The notes: a model not told the origin generated them from the sequence alone. A stretch of DNA of 64,000 nt from an uncultured virus (IMG/VR IMGVR_UViG_3300025529_000005) (IMGVR_UViG_3300025529_000005), one strand, 5' to 3'; positions 9,940-20,026 are shown, counted from the stretch's first letter. Made by a program: numbers and translations.

Positions 9940-11031
9940 TTATGTCCGATATGGCAGAATCATATGAAGTGCCGAATCATCATCTTTCCCTTTGATAATC
10001 ATAGGTTGCATCGGTCCAACGAATTGAATGATTATCTCGGGATCGTCAATTGCTTTCAAGGCGTCCAGCGCGTATTTGGCGTTGAATGCGACCGTGATGT
10101 CGTCTCCTTCTTTGTGTTGTATTTCCAAACGATCTGATGCCTTACTTCCCGATGCTTCTGATTTGATCTCAATGTCATCACCAACTGACATTTTCACGAC
10201 TTTTGTTTTTTCTTCATTTGCCACAATGAATACTCGTTCCAGAGATTCGATAAATTTTGTTGTTTTTACGGAAACAGTTGTATTGAAATCAGTTGGGATC
10301 AGACGATCTGTATCCGGATAACTGCCTTCAAGCACTCTTGAAAAGAAAGTGTAGTATTTTGTTTTCGCCATGAAGTTGTTGGATGAAATCTGCAATTCCA
10401 CGGTTTCTTTGTCGTCGATCAACTTAGTTAATTCGCTCAAACTTTCTCTTCCCACAACGACACTGAAATCAAGATCGCTCTCAATGTTTGATTCTTTCTG
10501 CGCCAACCTATGGCGGTCGCAGCCAACGAATCGAATATTGCCGCTGGTGAGTTTGAACAGAACGCCGGTCAGTATGGGCATACTCTCTTGATCCGAAGTG
10601 GCGTAAATCGTTTGTGCTATGTTTCGTTTCAGAACTTCACCTGGCAAATGTACAACATCTCCAATCACTTGCGGGAACTCCGGGTACTCGTCTGCTTCGA
10701 TGCCAGCCAGTTCAAATTTTGATTTTCCCGTATAGATCGTTGCATTCGTCTTGTCCACTTCGATTGTGATGTCTCCAGACAACTTCTTCACAATCTCAAC
10801 GATCTTCTTTCCAGGAAGGGTAATAGCTCCTTGCCTTTCAACGGTTACATCTTCTGTTGGGATAACGGTTTTGATGAACACCGAAATGTCCCCAACGATC
10901 AGTGTCAATCCTTCATCGTCCGCCCGAAGAAGGATATTACTCAAGATCGGGATTGTCGTTTTGTTCGGAAGTGCCTTCGAGATTTGTTCCAGCGGCTTTG
11001 CCAATACATGTTGGGGGATAACAATTTTCAT
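9940..11031 (-). CDS. dnaN: DNA polymerase III beta sliding clamp homolog
   Basis: TTIPILSNILL, CDRHRLA, EGSYPD, FNAKY, ILPYR; 363 aa. Confidence 0.93.
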   Translation of the reverse strand: MKIVIPQHVLAKPLEQISKALPNKTTIPILSNILLRADDEGLTLIVGDISVFIKTVIPTEDVTVERQGAITLPGKKIVEIVKKLSGDITIEVDKTNATIYTGKSKFELAGIEADEYPEFPQVIGDVVHLPGEVLKRNIAQTIYATSDQESMPILTGVLFKLTSGNIRFVGCDRHRLAQKESNIESDLDFSVVVGRESLSELTKLIDDKETVELQISSNNFMAKTKYYTFFSRVLEGSYPDTDRLIPTDFNTTVSVKTTKFIESLERVFIVANEEKTKVVKMSVGDDIEIKSEASGSKASDRLEIQHKEGDDITVAFNAKYALDALKAIDDPEIIIQFVGPMQPMIIKGKDDDSALHMILPYRT

Positions 11032-11246
11032 GACAGTTCAACCTCCTGATTGTTTTTTTTGAGTTCTGACTTGACTATGGCAAGCAGTTCACTTTCATGG
11101 CCTTTTTCTATCCCGTATTTCCTTACAAACGATTCAACGAATGCCCTTGCTTGTGTCGGCTTTGGTTTATAGATTCTGGTTAAATCGCGAATGCTTTTTC
11201 TCACGATGTCGGAACTTGCCTTCTTTTTTTCCATATTCTTCAGCAC
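11028..11246 (-). CDS. hypothetical phage protein
   Basis: ORF in operon run. Confidence 0.55.
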   Translation of the reverse strand: MLKNMEKKKASSDIVRKSIRDLTRIYKPKPTQARAFVESFVRKYGIEKGHESELLAIVKSELKKNNQEVELS

Positions 11247-11445
11247 CCTTCTGAATTACATCGGCAATAAGTTTGGTCATTCTCTTTTTGACATAAGGTT
11301 CAGCTATTTTCGTTGAGATGCTAAACATCCCCATCTCCGAATACATTTTCCTTGCCAGCCAATCCAACTGTTCTAATTTCTCACGTATCAGCCATTCATA
11401 GCTGTCGTAGATTTCCTCCATTTCCGTTTGTTTGGACATGCTCAA
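11167..11445 (-). CDS. hypothetical phage protein
   Basis: ORF in operon run. Confidence 0.55.
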   Translation of the reverse strand: MSMSKQTEMEEIYDSYEWLIREKLEQLDWLARKMYSEMGMFSISTKIAEPYVKKRMTKLIADVIQKGAEEYGKKEGKFRHREKKHSRFNQNL

Positions 11446-12263
11446 TCATCCTTCAGCCGGTAATTCAGTAGCTTTGGATTGCCTTTGATTACCACGCAAT
11501 AATCGCTGCACATTTCATAGATTCTGCTGCCAATGGCCATATCAAAATGGCACATGGTGTCGATGTCGTATTCCGACGAGATTAGGATTGGCAACTTGTT
11601 CAAGTAGCGATAGTTGATGATCGAAAATGCTTGTTCTTTCTGAAAGTCCGTAGGTTCCTTCCGACCTTTCCACATGTCGTCGATATACAAGACATCGATT
11701 CGTTGCAGAAGTCCAATCCGCTCATCCAATTCATCAAGGTTGTCCTTGATTTCGTTGAATCCTTCCACCCACGGAAAGTAAATGACTGGCACGCCATGCT
11801 TGATTAATCCGTTTGCGACTGCCATTAGAAGATGGGTTTTTCCGCATCCAGGAACACCTAACAAGGCAATGCTGTTCTTCCGTTCTTTCCGAATCGAATC
11901 AAATTCATTGAGATATGATTCCGCGCAATGCCTTGCATCACGAACAATTTGTGGTCTGCCGTTCATCACAAAGTTGTCAAACGTTTTGGATTGAAACTCT
12001 ACGGTGATCTTGCTTTGCTTCATCAGCCGTTCAGCTTTTCGCCAATGGATGCAGTCACAAGACTTCCAATATTCCAATCCGTCTTCTCCGCGAATCAAAA
12101 ATCCTTCTTCGTCATTGCATTTCTTGCATCTGACGTTTTTGGACTCGATCTTTGGCAAGCCATCCGACTCTGCCGCCTGTGATTGAATCTTCTGGATTCG
12201 TTGGCGAATCGCGTCTATGTCGATCGCCTTGAGCGCTTCCCGAATGCTTTGCACCGTCATCAC
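11442..12263 (-). CDS. DnaC/IstB-like helicase loader ATPase
   Basis: Zn motif, Walker A GVPGCGKTHL, VLYIDD, SRIYEM. Confidence 0.92.
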   Translation of the reverse strand: MMTVQSIREALKAIDIDAIRQRIQKIQSQAAESDGLPKIESKNVRCKKCNDEEGFLIRGEDGLEYWKSCDCIHWRKAERLMKQSKITVEFQSKTFDNFVMNGRPQIVRDARHCAESYLNEFDSIRKERKNSIALLGVPGCGKTHLLMAVANGLIKHGVPVIYFPWVEGFNEIKDNLDELDERIGLLQRIDVLYIDDMWKGRKEPTDFQKEQAFSIINYRYLNKLPILISSEYDIDTMCHFDMAIGSRIYEMCSDYCVVIKGNPKLLNYRLKDD

Positions 12264-12963
12264 CTCGTTTCTCTTTGTTCGCTTCCCATGGATGGTCGAT
12301 GCCTTCCGCTTTCCAACGTTTCAGAATGGCGTCTACATAGCTTAGATTTCGTTTTCCGTAGTAAACGGCTGTCTTCATTGCCTCGCACACCCATCGTTCT
12401 CCATAATCGTCAATCATAGCGTTCATTCGATCTTTGATTACTGAACTGATGGTTCCAAAACCTTCGGTCTCGAAAAGTCGAAACGGGTTTTCGGCGCTAT
12501 TACTACCACTACTACTATTAATGGTTTGGTTAGGTATGGTATGGTTAGGTAGCCCTGTGACGGGCGCGGACGTTTCTGTTACAACTTCATCACTTGCTTG
12601 TGACGGGCGCGTGACGGGCGCGTGACGGGCGCGTGACTTCCTTTTGCGTTCCTTGTTTTGCTCGCGTTTTTCAATAAGTCGTCCCGCGTACTCATGCCAG
12701 TCGTGTATATATAAGTCCTCGTCTACAAAACCGGCTTCTATCAATGCGCGTAGCAATTCTGTTTCCCCGGGCCAATGACAGGCGTCAGCAATATCATCAG
12801 GGTCAAAGCGACTAAGATCGCCGTCTTGGGCATAATCCATAGCCCACCACCAGAGACAATGCAGAATGCCAATTGCGTGGGGTAAAGGTATATCAAGTAA
12901 TCGAGCAAGCCGCTTTGTCTTTGGATGACGTTCTAATTCTTGATGGCTCTCTATCCATGCCAC
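12112..12963 (-). CDS. phage replication initiator with DnaD-like domain
   Basis: MAWIESHQELERHPKT N-term, YVDAILKRW DnaD motif. Confidence 0.9.
   Translation of the reverse strand: MAWIESHQELERHPKTKRLARLLDIPLPHAIGILHCLWWWAMDYAQDGDLSRFDPDDIADACHWPGETELLRALIEAGFVDEDLYIHDWHEYAGRLIEKREQNKERKRKSRARHAPVTRPSQASDEVVTETSAPVTGLPNHTIPNQTINSSSGSNSAENPFRLFETEGFGTISSVIKDRMNAMIDDYGERWVCEAMKTAVYYGKRNLSYVDAILKRWKAEGIDHPWEANKEKRGDDGAKHSGSAQGDRHRRDSPTNPEDSITGGRVGWLAKDRVQKRQMQEMQ
12557..12637. repeat. iteron-like repeats in initiator gene (probable ori of prophage A)
   Basis: GTGACGGGCGC at 12557 and tandem x3 at 12600-12632. Confidence 0.7.
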
Positions 12964-12969
12964 TCCCCC

Positions 12970-13341
12970 TCACCTACCATTCGGATCATAGACATACCGC
13001 CTGCCTTTCCAACGAATCACACTTGGAACATCCTTGTGCCATTTGACAATTTTCACTTCATCGCTCTGACGTTCCGTAACTACTTCAATCGCTCTGGAGG
13101 AACCGGGAACCCGCCGAATGTATCCCTGCTTTTCCAGACGTTCAATATGGCCAAATACCGTTGAAGGTGATTTGAGCCCGACGGCCTTCCCAATCTCTCT
13201 TTGAGTCGGAGGGAAACCTTTTTCTTTGGTGTGACTCTCGATAAACGCCAATATCTTCTTTTGCCGTTCCGTTAACCTGTCCATCATCGCAACACCTGAT
13301 AAAAAGCGTATTTGGTTTTCCCGGTCAGCTTGTGGATGCAT
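12970..13341 (-). CDS. LexA-type DNA-binding domain protein (no peptidase)
   Basis: LTERQKKIL...GFPPTQREIG...LEKQGYIRR. Confidence 0.88.
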   Translation of the reverse strand: MHPQADRENQIRFLSGVAMMDRLTERQKKILAFIESHTKEKGFPPTQREIGKAVGLKSPSTVFGHIERLEKQGYIRRVPGSSRAIEVVTERQSDEVKIVKWHKDVPSVIRWKGRRYVYDPNGR

Positions 13342-13451
13342 TCCAACCTATCAGGAAATACTTTCTTCACAAGCCATTGCGTATGGTCCATGTTGTTCTT
13401 TTGCAGGATTTTGGCTTGATTGAGAGTGGGTTTAAGTCCTCTGATTCGCAT

Positions 13452-13931
13452 TCAGTTATCCTCCCCAAAGTTTGATAAAATCCAAACTTTCCGTTTCTCT
13501 CTGCCAAACTTTATGGCGTCTGATACCTTGTCCATAAACACGTCGATGTGATAGCCTTTAACCGCACTTCCCGTATCCTCCGCCCGGCAGTAGCCGTAAT
13601 CTTCAACGAACATTGATGTCCCGAGTGGAATGTAGTCCGGGTCCACCGCACAAACGCCGTATTTCGCTTCTGTGCCTGTGTAAGTGATTCCGTATCCTTT
13701 ATCACCTGGACGCTTCCCCGTGGACTCTGGACCGGCTGTGTAGGCTGTTGTGACCATTTCCATCGGTTCTGTCTGGTTGATCTTGATATACTCTTTTCGC
13801 GTAACTGTCTGAACGATTGTCTTGTATTCCGTCCTTATTTCCGGTTCAGGTTTAGCTTCTGTTGGTTGAAGCATAGTAGCTCCAACCAACAGGCCGATAA
13901 CCGTTCCCAGAATAAAGGTTGCTGCTTTCAT
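13452..13931 (-). CDS. secreted/membrane 3D-domain protein
   Basis: Signal peptide; TAY, AVDP, AEDTG, IDVF. Confidence 0.88.
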   Translation of the reverse strand: MKAATFILGTVIGLLVGATMLQPTEAKPEPEIRTEYKTIVQTVTRKEYIKINQTEPMEMVTTAYTAGPESTGKRPGDKGYGITYTGTEAKYGVCAVDPDYIPLGTSMFVEDYGYCRAEDTGSAVKGYHIDVFMDKVSDAIKFGREKRKVWILSNFGEDN

Positions 13932-13945
13932 CTACTCGCCTCCGA

Positions 13946-14902
13946 TTAGAAAAGGGAAAGTTGCGCTTCTGTTTCTTGATAAATTGCTTCAATATTCCGT
14001 TTGGCTTGCTCGTAATAGCTTTGTTTCAGTTCAACGCCAACGAATCTGCGCCCCATCTTGATAGCCTGATAACCTTCCGAACCGATTCCCATGAACGGAG
14101 AAAAAACAATATCATTCGGATTAGACCAAAGTTCGATTGCTCGTTCGATAACCGTCAATTGCAATGGGCAAATATGCTTCTCGTCCTTTTCCTCCCGCGC
14201 TGAACGATATTGCAACGTATCAGAAGGATTAATGTCCATCCAAACCGGCGAAGCGTATCTTTGCCAAACCTCAATGCTGTACCAGTTCCGTGAGTCGTCG
14301 CTTGTTGTAAACTTGCTTCTATCGGGTTCCGGCCACTCTCCGGCATATGATTCAAAACATCCGCTGATTGGTTCAGGATTGTCGCCTGGTTTACGCATTG
14401 TCACAAGATAATCCGGGATGCCTTGCCGACTCAAAGCGCTGTCTTTGACCACTTGCTTATGGAGTAAACCAATCGCCTTCGTCCGCTGTTGTGCCACTAC
14501 TGGATCTTTCCAAATGACAACTTCACTGTGATAAATCCATCCTTCTGCCTCAAAAGCGCGTATCAAGTCGCCGCGAAAATCTCGGATGCCAATGTACCCA
14601 TGATGTGCTTTTGATGTTGGAAGATTCATGCAATGGAATGAAACCAGTCTTCCCGGCATTGTAATTCGGTAAAGTTCTTTGACTAGGAAACGGAAGTGTT
14701 GCAAGAATTCATCGTCATTTCTGGCATTTCCCATATCTCGATCAGAATTGCTGTACGTATATAATGACGAGAAGGGAGGTGAGAAAATCGAGTAATGAAT
14801 GCTTTCATCAGGAATGCCATGAGTCACTTCGACGCAATCACCGTTATAAAGTGCATATCTTTCTGTTATCGTTTCATCAATTACGTTGACATTTACCCGC
14901 AT
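13946..14902 (-). CDS. N4/N6 DNA methyltransferase
   Basis: FSPPF motif, HICPLQ, FSPFMGIGSEG. Confidence 0.9.
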   Translation of the reverse strand: MRVNVNVIDETITERYALYNGDCVEVTHGIPDESIHYSIFSPPFSSLYTYSNSDRDMGNARNDDEFLQHFRFLVKELYRITMPGRLVSFHCMNLPTSKAHHGYIGIRDFRGDLIRAFEAEGWIYHSEVVIWKDPVVAQQRTKAIGLLHKQVVKDSALSRQGIPDYLVTMRKPGDNPEPISGCFESYAGEWPEPDRSKFTTSDDSRNWYSIEVWQRYASPVWMDINPSDTLQYRSAREEKDEKHICPLQLTVIERAIELWSNPNDIVFSPFMGIGSEGYQAIKMGRRFVGVELKQSYYEQAKRNIEAIYQETEAQLSLF

Positions 14903-16287
14903 TTACGTTCACTCCTAAGCCATGATGGGATGGTCATCTTTAATCGTGGTGAATATTCCGTTTTTTCAATCGTCGTTACTCGTATATTTTCAGTCGTAAT
15001 CTTTCGTGTATGCTTCAGCATTTCTTCGGCCATCCGTTCAAAATCCGCTTCCTTGCGCCGAATATTTTCGGCCACAGCACCTTCCAGATCGGATGTGATC
15101 ATATGGACATTGACTTGATTCTTTTGCCCGAAACGATAACAACGTCTGATTGCTTGATAGATTTGCTCAAACGAATCGGACAATCCGACAAATGCCATGT
15201 CAGCGCAATGCTGCCAATTCATCCCGAACCCTGCAATGCTTGGTTTGGTCACTATTACACGAATCTTCCCATCCGCAAAATCGAGCATTGATTTCTCTTT
15301 GTGTTCCGGTGAATCCGAACCTTTTATTTCAACCGCTCCCGGAATCGACTTTGCAAGCAATTCCGATTCTTTGTTCAAGTCACACCATACAAGGAACGGC
15401 CTGTCGGTCGAATTCACGATTTCTGCACATTTGGCAACCCGTTCCTCGATGGTTTCCCGCCTTGCTTTTTGCCGTTCTTGAAGCGTTTTGGCTTCGGACT
15501 TGAACAATTCTCCTTCAAGCGGTCGGTCAGTTTCCACAATATGATCAACAATGTTTAGCGGCGGAAGAATGTAATCCCCATCGTCATAACCAAGATCAGA
15601 AGGCTTCTGAATGAGAACGGCCCATGAAGCAACCCATTCCCAGAACTTCGATTCAGCGTGTCCTTTCAGCCGCCATTTCTGTGTTTCCCCGCCGTCATGG
15701 ACAAAGAACATAGAAAGCATTTCCGTCCGGCTCATGACGCCCAGAAACTCTGAATGGTTACCCAATTCCATGTAATCGTTTGGGGCTGGAGTGGCCGTAC
15801 AAGCTAATCGAAACGGCGTGTTTCGGAATGATTCGATGATTTCCGTTCGCATCTTTCCGTCAAACGCCTTGAGTATGCTCGATTCATCAAGTACGATTCC
15901 TTCAAATTCGTCCGGATTGAACTTGTGCAACATTTCATAGTTTGTTATGTTAATTCCAGACTTAACGTCGCTTTGCTGGCGGCATAGCGTTACGTTTAAG
16001 TCGATCTTTTGTCCCTCTCGCACGGTTTGCGAGGCCACAGCGAGAGGGGCAAGGATTAATACATTTCCACCGGTATGCTTATGAACGTGCTTTGACCATT
16101 CAAGCTGAATGATCGACTTGCCTAATCCTGTCCCGGCAAATACTGCTGATCGCCCTTTCCTTAAGGACCACCTTGTGATATCCGACTGATGGTTAAACAA
16201 CACCGGATGCAGGTCTTCACGTTTTACGTCGATTCCCTTGGGTTGAAACTCGAATCTTTTGCTTTCAAGGAATTGTTGGTAATTCAG
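14893..16287 (-). CDS. SNF2-like/SF2 helicase
   Basis: GTGLGKS, LDESS, TATP, QAIRRCYRFGQ; frame open to a CTG at 16287 with GGAGG RBS. Confidence 0.88.
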   Translation of the reverse strand: MNYQQFLESKRFEFQPKGIDVKREDLHPVLFNHQSDITRWSLRKGRSAVFAGTGLGKSIIQLEWSKHVHKHTGGNVLILAPLAVASQTVREGQKIDLNVTLCRQQSDVKSGINITNYEMLHKFNPDEFEGIVLDESSILKAFDGKMRTEIIESFRNTPFRLACTATPAPNDYMELGNHSEFLGVMSRTEMLSMFFVHDGGETQKWRLKGHAESKFWEWVASWAVLIQKPSDLGYDDGDYILPPLNIVDHIVETDRPLEGELFKSEAKTLQERQKARRETIEERVAKCAEIVNSTDRPFLVWCDLNKESELLAKSIPGAVEIKGSDSPEHKEKSMLDFADGKIRVIVTKPSIAGFGMNWQHCADMAFVGLSDSFEQIYQAIRRCYRFGQKNQVNVHMITSDLEGAVAENIRRKEADFERMAEEMLKHTRKITTENIRVTTIEKTEYSPRLKMTIPSWLRSERKCG

Positions 16288-16302
16288 TGTTATTCCCTCC
16301 TG

Positions 16303-17130
16303 TCAATACAAGCTGAATTCTGAATAATGCTTAATCCTTGTAATTTTCTTAACCGATCTGCAATAATCGCATTTTTGACACATAATTGGCTCCACTTGTC
16401 CGCTTTTTACCGCCTTTACACGTTCGATATGATTGCTTACAATCGCAAGACCTTGTTCGATTGCCTCATAGTCAAAGTAGAGAATCTCGTGATCAGGCGG
16501 GTCTTGCTTAGTCACGACGACCATATGAGGGATTAGCCATTTGTCACGTCCGGTTGCCAGACGTTCAACTTCCGCATAAACGGCCATTTGGACGTTGTAT
16601 CCGTAATGGTCAATGAAGTTTTCATAAGCTTGTGCTTCCTTGTTCCACCATTTGCCGTCGATTTCTTTCAAGGCCTTCAAATCTGCGAATATTCCAACTT
16701 CCGGCTGATAACTGTCGATCATGATTTTCCAAGGGATGCCGAACAGTTCTGCAGTCATAATGACTTCTTTCTTTCCGGCCAGTGCCTTCATGACAAGCGG
16801 ATCGTTTTCCAGCACTTCAATCATCTTGTTGCAATGTTGAAAGTTTGATTTTAACTGGCCGGCAGTTGCTCCTCGACTACTGTATAAGTCAGGATTGTTA
16901 GCCTTGAATTCGTCGAGCGAGCCTTCGTTCCAAGCATGAATGTACTTACCTTCGATAAACGCCGTTGTATCCTGTGGTTCGTATTCCCCTGCAAGTTGGG
17001 CGACTGCCGCCGCCTCGCAGCCGCCGTATGCAGGAATAAAGCTTTTTAGTTGGCTGACCGACATATAATGGCGATTGGCTTCAAGGCTGTAATAGTTGTC
17101 CTTATTCAGTTGCATCTTCGTCCCCCGCAT
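16303..17130 (-). CDS. PD-(D/E)XK exonuclease-like protein (DUF3799/RecE-like)
   Basis: MSVSQLKSF, KIMID...DLK, QMAVY, C-terminal CQKCDYC. Confidence 0.82.
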   Translation of the reverse strand: MRGTKMQLNKDNYYSLEANRHYMSVSQLKSFIPAYGGCEAAAVAQLAGEYEPQDTTAFIEGKYIHAWNEGSLDEFKANNPDLYSSRGATAGQLKSNFQHCNKMIEVLENDPLVMKALAGKKEVIMTAELFGIPWKIMIDSYQPEVGIFADLKALKEIDGKWWNKEAQAYENFIDHYGYNVQMAVYAEVERLATGRDKWLIPHMVVVTKQDPPDHEILYFDYEAIEQGLAIVSNHIERVKAVKSGQVEPIMCQKCDYCRSVKKITRIKHYSEFSLY

Positions 17131-17920
17131 TCAACGGCGAACCCGTTTCGCTCTTCGGTTTCGGAATTTCAAAGTAATCCTCACGTTTTGCCATTCCGTC
17201 ACGAAGCGATTTATACACGCTCCGCAGACGAACAAAGTCGTTATCAGAGAATGCTTCAACCTTGCAGCCGATGAACTTTTCAACCATTTCCTTTGTGACC
17301 TGAAACTCTTCCCGGAAAGCCCCGATCATCTTTCGAATCCGATCTTCCAAAGGCTCTTTGTAGCCGGTTTTCAGTGTTTGCTTGCACTTTTCAACAGCCG
17401 CTTCCACAACATCGCCGGGAATAACCGCCAATATGCAAGCCCTCTTTCTCCGCGCCCCCAGGTTTGCGGTCAATTCATAGATATCTCTTGCATCGTCCAG
17501 TGAATGTGTTTGGCCTTTCGCCTTCCGTTCATGTCTGACATAAAAGATTCTGGTGTCCCGCGTGTTGGTCTCAAGATCCCATGCATAGGCCATCATGGTT
17601 GAAACACCATTCTTTTGTTCGAGTTCAATCACGCCGGAATCGATGTTCCCCCATGCTTGTGCAATAGCTTCCGCCAGACGGATCGAAGGCCCGGAAACCT
17701 TCTGCCCGCCTCTTGGATATTCATACAAAGCACTTTCGGCCAGCGATACCCGTTCGCACGCCTTCATAATCCTGTCAAAAGCCGCATACTCATCACGCGG
17801 AAACCTCTTGGCCATAATGACGGCAGCTTGTACTTCTTGCGCTTGTCGAGAAATAACCGTTTCCGCAATTTGCGTAGTTTCTCGCCGTTGCATCATGTTT
17901 TCCGGTGTCATCAGTTCCAT
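17102..17920 (-). CDS. putative phage ssDNA-annealing recombinase
   Basis: AKRFPRD, GPSIRLAE; located between ATPase and exonuclease. Confidence 0.6.
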   Translation of the reverse strand: MELMTPENMMQRRETTQIAETVISRQAQEVQAAVIMAKRFPRDEYAAFDRIMKACERVSLAESALYEYPRGGQKVSGPSIRLAEAIAQAWGNIDSGVIELEQKNGVSTMMAYAWDLETNTRDTRIFYVRHERKAKGQTHSLDDARDIYELTANLGARRKRACILAVIPGDVVEAAVEKCKQTLKTGYKEPLEDRIRKMIGAFREEFQVTKEMVEKFIGCKVEAFSDNDFVRLRSVYKSLRDGMAKREDYFEIPKPKSETGSPLNAGDEDATE

Positions 17921-17923
17921 GAA

Positions 17924-19552
17924 TCAACCCTCCAGAATTTCAATGCTCAGGTCTTTTCCAGGTTCCGTGCTCAAAATGAAATATTGATAGTCGTCTTCGA
18001 AAGCTGCCTTCAGGATTTCTTGTTGCTTGCTTCCAAGATTCTGGAAACCATCAACACAAATTACCTTGAGCGGTCCAGCTTGCGCTTTTGCCAGTTTGAA
18101 GGCAAAGTCCAATGCTTCCCCTTCGGACAAACCATCAATGAGCGTTCCGTTGATCCGGATTCGTCCTTGATCGTCAACCGACAATCCTTCAACCGGCAAA
18201 GAAGCCGTTTTGAGCAATTCTTTCGGCAATTCGCGTGCCTTCTGAATCTTGTTGGTCAACTCGGCGGAATGGGCTTCTTTCGGCGCAAGTTTTTCGCGGA
18301 TAATGTCATTCATCCGTTCCCATTCTCGCAGGTATTCTTTCATGGCCGCCGCGTGATCGGCTTCCTGCTTCAACGGTTCTGTATCAATCCAAACTACATT
18401 TGCAACAATTTCCTGCGCGTTCCCGGCTTTGGCTTGTTCGGTAGCAATCAGATTCGCCTCATGATCCGCGATTTTCTCAAGATCACGCTTTTCCAGTTCG
18501 TCGATATTAGCCAATGCCGTTCGTTTTTCAGCAATTTGTTCCTTGTATTCGGATATGAAAACGCGGCTTTGTTCGACTTCTTGAGCAATATCTTCACGCA
18601 CAGACTGTTTTTTCGCCTGGTATTGCAGTTTCAATCTTTCAATGGCTTGTTCCAGTTCGTTGTCCAGTCGGGCGCAAGTTTCCGATATGCGCCGATCTGC
18701 ATCATCAATTGTTGCTTGTTCCTGTTGAATACGTTCTTCCAAACGCTTGATGGAATCGGTGTAAGAATCGCGTTGCCGACGATAATCCAAACTTTTCTGT
18801 TCCCGCGCATTTTCCGCCCTGCGCTTGATGTCCTCAATTCGCATCGAGAGCCCGTCAATAAGTGATTGTGCTTCCTGCAATCGTTTGTTCGATGCTTCCG
18901 CTTCGGACAGACGGTTATACAACTCTTGCAGATTGACATTCTTCCATTCTTCGCCGTCATAATTCGACGGAAGGTCGCGTTTGATGCCTTCGATATTCGC
19001 CCGGAGAAGGTTAATTTCTCGGTTGATCGATTCACGTTCAGCATAATAACCATTCTCGATCTGTTTCAAAATTTGCAGGATATGAAGCTGATAGTCGGCT
19101 TCAGGCACTTCGCCAAACCAGTTTTTGATATCATCAATCGACCAGTCAATATGCAACATATTGAGGATGATTTCTGTTTGCTCTTTCGGCGATTTCTGGA
19201 TAAATTCAATCGGTCTGAAAATGTCGCCGTTGATAAGCTTTCTTAGGAATGATTCCGTACTGCTAACAGCTTTGCTGTCATGTTTCACCTTCAAGTAATC
19301 CGCTTTTTCAGTGCGTATTTTACGAACCGTTTGCAAACCATCGTCAAGTTCAACGAATAATTCCGCTTCTTCTTCACCATGACGGATAACTTCCGTTCGG
19401 CGGTTTTTATTGGTAAACAATTTTTCAAGAGCTTCGACCAGGCTTGATTTCCCCGTTCCAGAATCGCCAGAAACCTTGTTGATCTTACCTGGACTGAACA
19501 GAAGTTCCTTGATTCCAAGCCAATTTTTAATTTCAATTCTCTTGATATGCAT
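17924..19552 (-). CDS. SMC/SbcC-like AAA ATPase
   Basis: GDSGTGKSS, long coiled coil, LSEGE signature, ICVD Walker B. Confidence 0.88.
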   Translation of the reverse strand: MHIKRIEIKNWLGIKELLFSPGKINKVSGDSGTGKSSLVEALEKLFTNKNRRTEVIRHGEEEAELFVELDDGLQTVRKIRTEKADYLKVKHDSKAVSSTESFLRKLINGDIFRPIEFIQKSPKEQTEIILNMLHIDWSIDDIKNWFGEVPEADYQLHILQILKQIENGYYAERESINREINLLRANIEGIKRDLPSNYDGEEWKNVNLQELYNRLSEAEASNKRLQEAQSLIDGLSMRIEDIKRRAENAREQKSLDYRRQRDSYTDSIKRLEERIQQEQATIDDADRRISETCARLDNELEQAIERLKLQYQAKKQSVREDIAQEVEQSRVFISEYKEQIAEKRTALANIDELEKRDLEKIADHEANLIATEQAKAGNAQEIVANVVWIDTEPLKQEADHAAAMKEYLREWERMNDIIREKLAPKEAHSAELTNKIQKARELPKELLKTASLPVEGLSVDDQGRIRINGTLIDGLSEGEALDFAFKLAKAQAGPLKVICVDGFQNLGSKQQEILKAAFEDDYQYFILSTEPGKDLSIEILEG

Positions 19553-19618
19553 TGAAATTTTCCTCCATTCACGCGAATAATACTTTTATTACCTAATACC
19601 CCGTGTATTGATAGTCTT

Positions 19619-19831
19619 TTACCAAATCCCAGCTATGCGCCATTCTGCGCTGTAGTATTTCAAAAAACAGGTGGTATCAACGAACCACTCACCATCAGCT
19701 TCAATGTATTCGTATCCGGCTTCGATTTCTTCTCCGCACCCGCAGGCGCAAGTGGCGATGATTTCCGATTTATGTCCCTGTGGATCTGGAAGGCCAACAG
19801 CGAAACGGTCAAGTGTAACGCTGTTCACCAT
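19619..19831 (-). CDS. small Zn-binding phage protein
   Basis: CACGCGEEI...C. Confidence 0.65.
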   Translation of the reverse strand: MVNSVTLDRFAVGLPDPQGHKSEIIATCACGCGEEIEAGYEYIEADGEWFVDTTCFLKYYSAEWRIAGIW

Positions 19832-19892
19832 ACGTTACCCTCCCTTTTCATTTTTCGTTTACTTCACTATAATGTTAGTAATTCGTTATTTT

Positions 19893-20021
19893 TTAGTTGA
19901 TGGTCGCCTTGGCAGAGGCGGCTTTTTCCCATTTCTTACGGTTTTCTTCTGCCGCAAATTGAAGGCAAATCATCCGTTCTTCACGAGTTAATTCACGCCA
20001 AAAACGTCCGGTGATGTTCAT
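19893..20021 (-). CDS. small hypothetical protein (42 aa)
   Basis: Read by hand: MNITGRFWRELTREERMICL...; GAGGGTGA RBS. Confidence 0.5.
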   Translation of the reverse strand: MNITGRFWRELTREERMICLQFAAEENRKKWEKAASAKATIN

Positions 20022-20026
20022 TCTAT

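Noticed and set aside
12354..12366. TTCCGTAGTAAA partial match to the promoter motif
   Set aside because: Inside a CDS, opposite orientation, no -10 at 18 nt
17615..18865. 416-aa plus-strand ORF
   Set aside because: Antisense shadow of the SMC-like ATPase; no recognisable motifs
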